Assembly (NCBI GenBank): GCA_048938295.1
Contig: JBHLMI010000028.1
Location: 1-31,851, forward strand
Direction of reading: 5' to 3'
DNA length: 31,851 bases
Origin: Promethearchaeota archaeon
GTDB taxonomy: Archaea > Asgardarchaeota > Hermodarchaeia > Hermodarchaeales > Hermodarchaeaceae
This document shows positions 8,814 to 17,617 of the stretch, one piece after another. Under the pieces are notes generated by a model. That model was given only the letters and a program-made list of their open reading frames with translations. It did no database searches and was not told the origin of the DNA. A program made the position numbers and the translations under genes. How positions within the stretch are numbered: the stretch's first letter is position 1; every line of letters begins with the position of its first letter.

Positions 8814-9401
8814 CTAGCTCGCTGAAGCTTTTGCAGGAGTCTTAGGGTACAAATGGTACATCAAGATATCGCGGGTTATTTGTCTGAACGTGCGTTTCAC
8901 ATTTTCACCCGTTAATGCACAGGTTGTGAAATTTGGCGCATTACCTAGTCCCAGCTTTGCAAGTATGACATTTTTTTCCATAGCGTTTGGCAGGTCCTGT
9001 TTATTTAACATTACAACAAGGCTAATGGAATGGCCGAGTTCTTCACCAACAAAAGAACGCAGCTCAGACATACTTTCAATATTGGCTTCCATTTGATCAG
9101 GTGACGAGTCTGCAACATAAATAATACCATCAACACCACTCAAGATGACCTTTCGTTGACCTCGATGTCGACGCTGGCCAGCAACAGTGTAAACATCGAA
9201 TACTACCTGTGCGGTAGCTTGCATTGGAGTATAATCAAAAAAGAGTGTTCGGCCGGTATGATCGGCGACTGATGTGAATCCGCCTTTGTTTAATCCCTCA
9301 ATATTATCATAAATCCAACGGAGTGCTGTTGTTTTTCCTGATAATGAGGGCCCCCAGAATACGATTTTAAAATGTATTCTTCCCTGTGTGTCTTTCTTCA
9401 A
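8814..9401 (-). CDS. MglA-type small Ras-superfamily GTPase
   Basis: KIVFWGPSLSGKTT (G1), GRTLFFD (switch I with Arg), YTVAGQ (G3), L.GVDGIIYVADS, NKQD (G4), TCA (G5). TTG start with GGAG upstream. Confidence 0.88.
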   Translation of the reverse strand: MKKDTQGRIHFKIVFWGPSLSGKTTALRWIYDNIEGLNKGGFTSVADHTGRTLFFDYTPMQATAQVVFDVYTVAGQRRHRGQRKVILSGVDGIIYVADSSPDQMEANIESMSELRSFVGEELGHSISLVVMLNKQDLPNAMEKNVILAKLGLGNAPNFTTCALTGENVKRTFRQITRDILMYHLYPKTPAKASAS

Positions 9402-9447
9402 AGTAGGACGGCTCCTTCCTTATTCGCGTTGCGATATCCCGTCCCCA

Positions 9448-9918
9448 CTAACCCTTCTCAAGTTCTCCCAATGCGGCCTTAAGCTCTTCCCGCTCCGCAT
9501 CAGTTTTTCCAGCAGCAACGGCAGGCTTTTCGGCCATGAACTCATCTAGTACTTTCGCGAGCTCAGCAGCCGCCTTCATCATTGTTAAGCGTATCATGCC
9601 AATGTTCACTTCTTTATCTGTAATCACGCATAATACACCTTTGCCAGCACCTGCAGCAAAGATCTTGCCATCGCCAAATTCCGACGTCACAATGGTCAAA
9701 TCGCCCACATCAAGGCTCTTACCTTGTTCCTCGCTTGCGCAAAACACGGCACTAGCAATGGCGCCAATACCATCAACGTCCACTGGATAGTATGAGAATT
9801 TCGAGACGTGAGCAATGGTTAGTCCTGTTCGGTCTACTAGAATAGTCTTCTTGATTCCTGGTTCGGATTTGATGACATCGGAGAGGATCTCATCAAATTG
9901 CCGTACGGTTATGGACAC
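9448..9918 (-). CDS. Roadblock/LC7 protein RB2 with C-terminal linker plus amphipathic helix
   Basis: ILVDRTGLTIA...IGAIASAVF.ASEEQGK.L..G.L...SEF..GKIF core, then the tail KPAVAAGKTDAEREELKAALGELEKG. Confidence 0.85.
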   Translation of the reverse strand: MSITVRQFDEILSDVIKSEPGIKKTILVDRTGLTIAHVSKFSYYPVDVDGIGAIASAVFCASEEQGKSLDVGDLTIVTSEFGDGKIFAAGAGKGVLCVITDKEVNIGMIRLTMMKAAAELAKVLDEFMAEKPAVAAGKTDAEREELKAALGELEKG

Positions 9919-9998
9919 GGTTCATCCCTTTCCATGAGGCTAGCCGAGCTTATCTTCGAGAGATGACTTTTAATTCTTGTGTGGAGAATGTTGGATTC

Positions 9999-10286
9999 TC
10001 AACCTCGCATGACGATGAGAATATAGTCCTCTTCGGGGGCGACCATGACCTCACCTGCTGGTGTTGAGATGGTAAGAAAGTTCATGCCGCCTTCTCCTAG
10101 TTCATCGACAACACGTTTAGCCTTTCCTACCAGTGAAGTGACAAGCGCTGCGATGACCTCAGTTTTTTCTGCGTTTAGATTGGAGCTGATTGGAAGGCCT
10201 TCCATGTTAGTAATTATGACGCCACGAACACCTTCGTGGGCTCCGAGGCGCTTTAGTGAGTCTTTTAACGCTTTTCCGCCAATCAT
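9999..10286 (-). CDS. Roadblock protein RB3, dynein light chain roadblock (DYNLRB/LC7)-like
   Basis: LKRL...GV.GVII.N.EG.PI.S...KA...V...FL.I....E.MVAP..DY.LIV. ATG at 10286 with GGAG upstream is preferred over GTG at 10298, giving 95 aa. Confidence 0.88.
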   Translation of the reverse strand: MIGGKALKDSLKRLGAHEGVRGVIITNMEGLPISSNLNAEKTEVIAALVTSLVGKAKRVVDELGEGGMNFLTISTPAGEVMVAPEEDYILIVMRG

Positions 10287-10329
10287 TGTACTCCACACTC
10301 TCTAGCCACTGACTAGTGGTCTCTCATTG

Positions 10330-10340
10330 AAGTTATAAAA
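10330..10340. promoter_or_regulatory. TATA-like element in the divergent RB3/RB4 intergenic region
   Basis: AAGTTATAAAA; on the minus strand TTTTATAAC lies about 45 nt above the RB3 ATG. Confidence 0.45.
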
Positions 10341-10471
10341 GTTCCCTCTTGTTCGGAGTTAATATCGAAGTTTTGAAAAAATCTGTCGCCTCTACCTTTC
10401 TGTCGGACAGTTTTTAAACAAGGACACCAAATGCTTTTTATTGCAACCACAATTGCCAAGTTTCACTGGCG

Positions 10472-10855
10472 ATGGGTGTGGCTTTCATGCTCGGAAAGAA
10501 AGAAGTAGAACAGATTCTTGCAGAAATCATGGATACTATCCCTGAACTCGAGGGACTAATCGCCGCCGCTCCGACAGGGAAGGTCGTTGCAGGACAGACT
10601 CTGCGCGAAATGGACCATAATGCCATTACTACAAGCGTTGCTGCCCTGTTGAAGGAAACAAAAATTGTAAGCAAAGCTGTCGATCAAGGTCCCGTGCAAT
10701 CGATGTATTTGGAAACAGATAAGGGTTATACCGTGGCCGTAACTGCCTCAAAGACAATGGTTGTTGCCATCGCCGGTAAAGATGCGGCTCCAAGTCTGGG
10801 ACTCATTATTCGGAGTCTCCGTTCTGCGGTCGATAAAATCGGGAAAACTCCATAA
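10472..10855 (+). CDS. Roadblock/LC7 protein RB4 (divergent)
   Basis: IPELEGLIAA..TGKVVAG...G......ET.KG...LGLI...L..A..KI. Fold pattern and C-terminal LGL motif are shared with RB1. True start may be ATG 10487. Confidence 0.72.
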   Translation: MGVAFMLGKKEVEQILAEIMDTIPELEGLIAAAPTGKVVAGQTLREMDHNAITTSVAALLKETKIVSKAVDQGPVQSMYLETDKGYTVAVTASKTMVVAIAGKDAAPSLGLIIRSLRSAVDKIGKTP

Positions 10856-10986
10856 CCCCCTTTTCAATAATATACCACCTTTTTTGTAATCGCCAAAAGG
10901 CTAAGTTCGAGACCTTTTTGTACCGGTAATTTCATTCTCTGGCGTGTCTGACCAAACTATAAAAGGAAGAGTGTAGGCGTTTTCCC

Positions 10987-13900
10987 GTGGCTTACTTACA
11001 ACATATCACAATTCAGGGGTTCAAAAGCTTCAGTTCGCGTAAAACCACAATTGATCTCAATAAGGGATTCACCGCAATAGTCGGTGAAAATGGGTGTGGT
11101 AAAAGCAACATTTTGGATGCTGTTTGCTTTGTACTTGGACGGTTAAGCAGCAAATCACTTCGCGCAGAGAATTTTGCCTCATTGCTATTTAATGGAGGTG
11201 CCGATAACACGCCTTCAAAGATAAGTCGAGTGAGTTTGGTTTTTAATAACACTGACCGGCAGTTTCCAATTGACAGTGACGAAATCACAATTAGCCGTGA
11301 GGTGGATGAAACCGGTATTAGCGCTTATCGTATAGGCGGTAAACGTGTTACGCGTACAGAAATGTTAGATACGATAGCTGTCGCTGGGCTCCATCCGGAA
11401 GGCCATAATATCGTGATGCAAAACGAGTTGGCTAATGTCATTACCATGACACCGACGGAGATACGTCAGGTTGTTGAGGGAGTAGCCGGGATTTCAGTTT
11501 TTGATGAGAAGAAACAGCAGATTGAAAGTGAATTAACGAAAGTTGATCAAAACCTTCACATGGTACAGATGCGTACCGAAGAAATTCGTCAAGAATACAC
11601 TCGTTTGGAAAAGGACAGGATAGATGCTCTTCGTTGGCGAGATATAACTGAGCAGCTAGCAAAGCTTGAAAGAGATCTCGTATTTGCTGAACTGGCACGC
11701 GTTGAAGAACGGTTGAACAAAATGAACGAGGAGTTCGAATTGTACTCTTCGAATGTCAAGGAGCTTGAAACTCGCCGTCAACAAGCGAAGGACCGGAAAC
11801 TCGAATTAGAAGAAAGGGCACAAACTGACCAAGAGAGAATAAAGCAATTTGACCAGCAATTGCACCAAAAGGAAATTGAACAGACCCGCATTCAAGAAAT
11901 TCTGAAAGGATCACAACTTGTCTCAGCACAGGTCTCTCAAGATGTTGAACTACTATCTGCAAGCCTGGAACATCTCGAGTCCCAGAAAACCGACAATCAA
12001 AATCGTTACTCCCAAATGGAGGAGGAAATTTCTATCCTCAAATCGCAAGAAGCCTCCTTCCAAGAACGCATTTCTCCTATTCACGAACGTCTTTCAGAAC
12101 TTTCTAGGCAAACCACTTCTCCTGACGCTGAGTACATGTCACTCAGAGAAGAAATACTCAGGCTAACAGAGCGTATTGAAGCCAAGAAGAGTGAACTTGG
12201 CGAAACTTCTGCATTAAGCCGAGTCACAGAAAGAACAATTATGGATACTAAAAAACAAATCGAAGATGGTTACGCTCTTCTTCCTGAACAAGAAATAGCA
12301 CTAGATGAAGCAAATTCAGAGATACAAAACCTCGAAAAACAGCTTCAATCCCTCAAATTAGAGCTAACGAACCTACAGCAACAAAAAGACGAGTATTATA
12401 ATTCATTGCAAGAAAAACAGAACAAGCATGAAGAACTGAACCAATTAATTCAGGATTCTAAAGAAGAACTCCTCGAAGCACAAACTCGATTAAAAACTAT
12501 ACGCGAATTCAAGAAGTATGGTCTTACTCGCAAGAGCGCAATAGATGCAGTTCTGAAACATGCAAAGGAAAACAAAATTCATGGGGTCTATGGAACCCTA
12601 GGCAGTCTTGGAAAAACTTCATCAAAACATGCGACTGCTCTTGAAGTTGCAGGTGGTGGGCGGCTCGATTTCATTGTCGTCGATAGTGAAGAGACGGCTA
12701 CAAAATGTATAGAACACTTGAAGAAGAGTCGTCTCGGTCAGGCAACTTTCATTCCTCTTGATACGATTAAATCCAACCCCTACACTCATAAAAGCGGAGA
12801 AAAGGGAGTCGTGGGGAACGCAATTGATTTGCTGACCTTCGAAGAGCAGTATCGCCCCGCATTTGAATTTGTCTTTGGTCGAACCCTTATTGTGAAAGAC
12901 TTGAAACTTGCTCGCAACATCAGGGCTGAAGGCGTGCGAAAAATCACGGTTGATGGTGATGTTGTTGAACCTAACCGCACATTGACGGGCGGCTTTTACA
13001 AAGGCATCTCCTCATTAACTCTCGAAGAGGAGGCAAGAATTCCAGAGCTGCAGAAAAAACTCAAAGAACTTCGCACGCTCCAAGCCAAAGTCGAAGGCGA
13101 ATATCAACAATGGACAGACAAAATCAGCAATTTGGATAGCCAGCTCAGAGAAAAGCAAAAGCAGTTTGATGAGTTACAACTCAAGTACGATAGAGCCAGT
13201 GAAATTAGAGACTCCCAAGAAGAAGTATTCGCTGATTTCAAAGGAAGTCTTGCGAAACTGCGCGAAAGTTTGAAAGATGAAGAAGACACGAAGAGCTCCT
13301 TAGAAGAGAAATTCCGAGTAGATCAATTGGAAATCGATGAGATGATTAAAAAACGAGAAGAGGTCCAACAAAGCCTTTCGATCCTTGAAAGAAGTAGCTT
13401 GGATCCGAATCTTACAGCTCTTCGAACCCAGCTAGATGAGCTGGAATCAGAACTTCAAGACACACAGCTTCAACTAATCGAGAGAACTAGCGAAGCTAAG
13501 CATGTTAAAGGGGAGGTCAAACGACTTTCAGAAGACCATAATAACGCGAAGGCAGAGTTGACACAGAAAAAAGCGCAACTAGCGGCAAATATAGCTCAAA
13601 TTGAAAAAAATCAAGCGCAACTTACCCAATTAGAAACTGATGTAGCAACCCTCAATGAACAAATACGCGGGCTCGAAACACAAGTTGCAGCTCATGAAAA
13701 TGAAAATCGACAGCTAACAAATACAATCGATGAATTGCTTGATAAGATCAATGAAGAAAAAATGGAGCGTTCTAAGGTCGAAGGGCGGATTGAACACTGG
13801 CAAGAGCGCTATGATACTCAAAAGGAGAAGACTGTGGGGTTAGAGCCGCCTTTGCTCCCCTTAAATCCCGAACAAGTTCTCAGCTTCCGTCGACAGATCG

Positions 13901-14550
13901 CAAACCTCCAACAGGAACGAGAGCAAATGGGTCTCATCAACCAAAAAGCCGTGGAACGCTTTGAAGAAATTCGCCACGCCTATGATGAAATATTAGAAAA
14001 AGAGAGTAAAATTCGAGAGGAACGTGAAGCCATTCTTGATGCAATGCGAAAAGCCGAGGAGGAGAAATTCCGCGTATTTATGGCAGCCTTTTCGAGTATC
14101 TCTAATAATTATTCGGATGTCTATCATCAACTTACACAAGGAGTTGGTCAGCTGGAGTTAGAGAATCCAGAAAACCCCTTTTTAGGAGGGATTCGAATGA
14201 AGGTCAGACCTGCAGGAAAACGCGTCCAATACCTCGATGCCCTTTCTGGTGGCGAAAAGGCACTCACAGCTTTAACGTTCATGTTCGCACTGCAACTCCA
14301 TCAGCCTGCTCCCTTCTACTTCCTCGATGAAATCGATGAGGCCTTAGATCCCAATAACACCGATAGGGTAGCCCAGCTAGTATCAAATCTTTCGGAAAAC
14401 TCACAGTTTCTCATTATTTCTCACAACGAAATTACAGTCCGCAGAGCGCAGGCTCTATTGGGAGTTGCATTGGTTGACGGTGTATCACAAGTCTTTTCAG
14501 TTCAATTTGAAGAAGGCCTGCTGATGATTGAAGGGGCAAGTAAAACCTAG
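10987..14550 (+). CDS. smc: Chromosome segregation protein SMC (condensin)
   Basis: GFKSF, GENGCGKSNILDA Walker A, two long coiled coils, hinge (GVYG...LEVAGGGRL.FIVV...GQATFIPLD), LSGGEK signature, FLDEIDEALD Walker B/D-loop, IISHN. Confidence 0.97.
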   Translation: MAYLQHITIQGFKSFSSRKTTIDLNKGFTAIVGENGCGKSNILDAVCFVLGRLSSKSLRAENFASLLFNGGADNTPSKISRVSLVFNNTDRQFPIDSDEITISREVDETGISAYRIGGKRVTRTEMLDTIAVAGLHPEGHNIVMQNELANVITMTPTEIRQVVEGVAGISVFDEKKQQIESELTKVDQNLHMVQMRTEEIRQEYTRLEKDRIDALRWRDITEQLAKLERDLVFAELARVEERLNKMNEEFELYSSNVKELETRRQQAKDRKLELEERAQTDQERIKQFDQQLHQKEIEQTRIQEILKGSQLVSAQVSQDVELLSASLEHLESQKTDNQNRYSQMEEEISILKSQEASFQERISPIHERLSELSRQTTSPDAEYMSLREEILRLTERIEAKKSELGETSALSRVTERTIMDTKKQIEDGYALLPEQEIALDEANSEIQNLEKQLQSLKLELTNLQQQKDEYYNSLQEKQNKHEELNQLIQDSKEELLEAQTRLKTIREFKKYGLTRKSAIDAVLKHAKENKIHGVYGTLGSLGKTSSKHATALEVAGGGRLDFIVVDSEETATKCIEHLKKSRLGQATFIPLDTIKSNPYTHKSGEKGVVGNAIDLLTFEEQYRPAFEFVFGRTLIVKDLKLARNIRAEGVRKITVDGDVVEPNRTLTGGFYKGISSLTLEEEARIPELQKKLKELRTLQAKVEGEYQQWTDKISNLDSQLREKQKQFDELQLKYDRASEIRDSQEEVFADFKGSLAKLRESLKDEEDTKSSLEEKFRVDQLEIDEMIKKREEVQQSLSILERSSLDPNLTALRTQLDELESELQDTQLQLIERTSEAKHVKGEVKRLSEDHNNAKAELTQKKAQLAANIAQIEKNQAQLTQLETDVATLNEQIRGLETQVAAHENENRQLTNTIDELLDKINEEKMERSKVEGRIEHWQERYDTQKEKTVGLEPPLLPLNPEQVLSFRRQIANLQQEREQMGLINQKAVERFEEIRHAYDEILEKESKIREEREAILDAMRKAEEEKFRVFMAAFSSISNNYSDVYHQLTQGVGQLELENPENPFLGGIRMKVRPAGKRVQYLDALSGGEKALTALTFMFALQLHQPAPFYFLDEIDEALDPNNTDRVAQLVSNLSENSQFLIISHNEITVRRAQALLGVALVDGVSQVFSVQFEEGLLMIEGASKT

Positions 14551-14638
14551 TGAAAACCTCTGATAATACATCAGGTTATATAGGATGCATTTATCAAGTA
14601 TAACAAAATCGTGAAGCCAAAAGGAGAACGATAACCTA

Positions 14639-15328
14639 GTGACAGAAACTAGCCCTGAACCATTCTGGTTCCATCAACCATGGCGAGTCCTTACTGACAT
14701 TCTCGAATTACAAAAGATTAGCCCATGGGAACTTGACCTGGCGGAACTAGTGAATGGGTTTATTGGGCGTTTACTCACCGAAGAATACATCGATCTTCGA
14801 ATTTGTGGTCGTGCCCTCCTTTCAGCAGCTATATTACTACGATTGAAAACAGAGTATCTACTTGAATTCGGGAGAGAGGAAGAGGAAATCCTTCGAGTAA
14901 TCGAGGAAGATATATTTCTCCCTCCAATCCGCCCCCCATTTCGGAAAAATATTCGACCAACATCTTCAGCTGAATTTGTTGAGGCATTACGAGAACTCGT
15001 TTTTCCTCCTAAGAAATATACACGAAAGCACATCAAAGGTAGTGGATCATTACCGGTGATACCCCAGTTTGATGGTTCATCAATCGAATTGACCAAATCA
15101 ATGATGCAAGTCCATGCACGATTAATTGAAGCAAGCCTTAAGAACCATCCAGTCTCGTTCGTCAACTTCGTTACTGGAATGTCACATATCGAAATTATCC
15201 GGGTGTTTCTCTGTCTACTGATCTTTATAAACAAAAGAAGTATCCGGATCGCCCAGGACCGACAATTTGGCGACATAATGATTTGGGTCCAAGATCCTTT
15301 GAGTGAGGAGGCTAGAGCCGGTGGATGA
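14639..15328 (+). CDS. scpA: Kleisin subunit ScpA
   Basis: ISPWELDL...F...DLRICGRALLSAAILLRLKTE N-terminal domain; C-terminal winged helix FL.LL......I.I.Q..QFGDI.I. Follows smc. Confidence 0.88.
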   Translation: MTETSPEPFWFHQPWRVLTDILELQKISPWELDLAELVNGFIGRLLTEEYIDLRICGRALLSAAILLRLKTEYLLEFGREEEEILRVIEEDIFLPPIRPPFRKNIRPTSSAEFVEALRELVFPPKKYTRKHIKGSGSLPVIPQFDGSSIELTKSMMQVHARLIEASLKNHPVSFVNFVTGMSHIEIIRVFLCLLIFINKRSIRIAQDRQFGDIMIWVQDPLSEEARAGG

Positions 15329-15869
15329 GGCAACACGGTTAGTTGAAGCTGCGCTCTATATTTCAGGACGGCCTCTCACAATCCACGAAATCCAACAGGC
15401 TACTCAAATACCCACATTAAGGCAAGTTCGCGATTGTATTCAACAGATAGCTAAGGAGTATGAAGAACGAGAAGGAGCGTTGGAAATCGTCAGGCTTCCT
15501 CGTCAACGCTTTGTCCTCCAAATGAAACCAGAACTCACTGAAGCTGTTAGCCGTCTGGCTCCGCAAGGGCTGCTTGCGTTAGGGGAATTAAAAACGCTCA
15601 TCTATATTGCCCTCTCACAACCAATCCTCCAATCAGATGTTGTCGTCTACCGAGGATCCCATAGTTACAAGCACATCAAGAACTTAGAAGCACATGGTTT
15701 CATTGAAGCCATACCAGCTGGCCGAACAAAAGAACTTGCTACAACTGAAATGTTTGCTGATTACTTCGGATTTGATTATGAAATTGACAAACTCAAAGGC
15801 CAACTCAAGAAAATGATTAGACAAATTCGGATAGAACAGTCCGAACTAACGACTGCGGCTGAGAAATAG
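15321..15869 (+). CDS. scpB: Kite subunit ScpB
   Basis: VEAALYISGRPL, LKTL.YIA..QPI.QSD...RG..SY.HIK.L...GFI, TTEMFADYFG. Start placed at GTG 15321, 9 nt after GAGGAGG (15305-15311), overlapping the scpA end by 8 nt. Confidence 0.9.
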   Translation: MDEATRLVEAALYISGRPLTIHEIQQATQIPTLRQVRDCIQQIAKEYEEREGALEIVRLPRQRFVLQMKPELTEAVSRLAPQGLLALGELKTLIYIALSQPILQSDVVVYRGSHSYKHIKNLEAHGFIEAIPAGRTKELATTEMFADYFGFDYEIDKLKGQLKKMIRQIRIEQSELTTAAEK

Positions 15870-15964
15870 CATCTTACAAACTTCCCCGAGTGCTTCGCGA
15901 ACTTTGTTAGTTTATATCTGCTTCTATATACTCAACAGAAGCTAAGTTACCCGAGGCTCCAAGT

Positions 15965-16438
15965 GTGGCACGAATCTCTCAGCCTTCTTTACCACAAATG
16001 GTCCCCCGCAATGAAGCTCATAAAACAAGTCCACCTGATGGGCTCTACTCCCTGTTCATCCTCAAGGAATCAGGATGTCCCTTTTATTATCGAATATTTA
16101 CGACCAATAAAGATCAACCTGACCCTGCTATTCTTGGAGGCTTTTTCATAGCGCTATCACTCTTTGCCAAAGAGGTAACTGATGGGCAAATCGAAACGAT
16201 TACAACTGAGCCCTGCAAATACACCTTCTATCCGCTTCGAAATGGGCTTTTAGTCATTAGTAGCGCAAAGTCGTTCAGCCCCATCATCCTTGAAACAATT
16301 GCTAAGCGTATCGCTAAATTATTTCTCACTAAATACAGTGATCGTCTCATCAAACCACAACCAGCAGCACTCTGTGCCCCTGACATCAACCAGCAAATCG
16401 AACGCATATTTGGTGAAACCTGCGCTCAAATCTCATAA
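15965..16438 (+). CDS. Standalone longin-like domain protein
   Basis: SLFILKESGCPFYYRIF...DPAILGGFFIALSLFAKEV..GQIETI...I..LF..KY follows the longin pattern (beta1-G-x-P-beta2, D-x-x-L-x-x-G-F-x-x-A helix). Start may be ATG 15998. Confidence 0.7.
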   Translation: MARISQPSLPQMVPRNEAHKTSPPDGLYSLFILKESGCPFYYRIFTTNKDQPDPAILGGFFIALSLFAKEVTDGQIETITTEPCKYTFYPLRNGLLVISSAKSFSPIILETIAKRIAKLFLTKYSDRLIKPQPAALCAPDINQQIERIFGETCAQIS

Positions 16439-16459
16439 TAGCGCTATCGTTAACAGCCG

Positions 16460-17491
16460 CTAGCAGACACGTGGAATCGCCTCTGCCCATGGATGTTGAA
16501 TAACTCGAGAACCACCGACTTCTGTCTTCATCACCACACGGCCAGGGCGGTCATTTTTTGCCTCACCGATGATTTTTGCGAATTTTCCGTATTTATTTTT
16601 CCGGATGACCTGCAAAACTTCATCCGCCTTTTCGCCTTCAACAGCGATTAATGCCTTTCCTTCACAGGTCACTTGTAATGGATCAAGTCCCAACATTTGG
16701 CTTGCGGCAAGGACCTCTCGTTGGAATGGGAGTTTTTCCTCTTCGATTAGCAGACCAACCCCAGACTTCTTTGCTATCTCGTTTAACGTTGCAGCTAGTC
16801 CTCCACGTGTAGGATCTTTCATAGCATGAATCCCACCAACCTTCAACGCTTCCCGAATCAAGGACCACAATGGAGCAACGTCTGATATTAAATCGGTCTC
16901 AAAGGAAAGGCCCTCCCGGCTGGCTAGCAACGCTATCCCATGGTCTCCAATGGATCCGGTCATTATCAGCTTATCACCAACTTTTACACCGCTATCAGTA
17001 ATAGCCGGGCCTTTCTCGATCATACCAAATCCTGTAGTGCAGATGACGATCTGGTCAATGTGTCCTTTTGGCATCACCTTTGTATCTCCGGCAATAACCG
17101 CTACTTGATCTTTAGCTGCTGTTGAAGCCATTGATTCTAAGATTCTGTGAAGCTTTTTCACTGGGAATCCTTCTTCAATCACAATGGCGCTTGTCATAGC
17201 TAAGGGTCGGGCTCCCATCATAGCAACATCATTAATTGTCCCTGCGGCTGCTAGACTCCCGATATCGCCACCCGGGAAGAATAGTGGTGAGACCGTGTGG
17301 CTATCTGTTGACACTACGATTATTTTACCATCAACAGGAATTGTAGCCCCATCATCTGCTTCGGGGAGTCCTATACCGGCTTGGAATCGATTAAGTTTGA
17401 AATGGGGGAAGATAATCTCTGCTAGAAATTGTGTCATGGCACGACCGCCTGCTCCATCGGCTAGCTCAACGAGGGTCTTTTCTCTTTGCAT
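16460..17491 (-). CDS. hypE: Hydrogenase maturation carbamoyl dehydratase HypE
   Basis: GAGG, DDGA, TDSHTVSPLFFPGGDIG.LA..GT.ND, GDTKV, MKDPTRGG, EG, and the conserved C-terminal PRVC. Confidence 0.95.
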   Translation of the reverse strand: MQREKTLVELADGAGGRAMTQFLAEIIFPHFKLNRFQAGIGLPEADDGATIPVDGKIIVVSTDSHTVSPLFFPGGDIGSLAAAGTINDVAMMGARPLAMTSAIVIEEGFPVKKLHRILESMASTAAKDQVAVIAGDTKVMPKGHIDQIVICTTGFGMIEKGPAITDSGVKVGDKLIMTGSIGDHGIALLASREGLSFETDLISDVAPLWSLIREALKVGGIHAMKDPTRGGLAATLNEIAKKSGVGLLIEEEKLPFQREVLAASQMLGLDPLQVTCEGKALIAVEGEKADEVLQVIRKNKYGKFAKIIGEAKNDRPGRVVMKTEVGGSRVIQHPWAEAIPRVC

Positions 17492-17617
17492 GATTATCGC
17501 TCCAAAATTACTGTATGGGAGTCAAAGCCTAGATGACTAAAGTCTTTGCCATTATCGGGGTGGCGAAATGTTTATAGCTCTTGGTCAGTTTTGCGTTTCA
17601 AATCCGAGGTTACTGAA

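Noticed and set aside
9779-9787. mini-ORB-like TCCACTGGA (also TCCAATGGA in hypE)
   Set aside because: Isolated, intragenic and far from cdc6, with no G-string or AT-rich unwinding element.
14674-15336. 220-aa antisense ORF covering scpA
   Set aside because: No recognisable motifs, Ser/Arg/Ile-biased composition, and fully shadowed by a well-supported gene.
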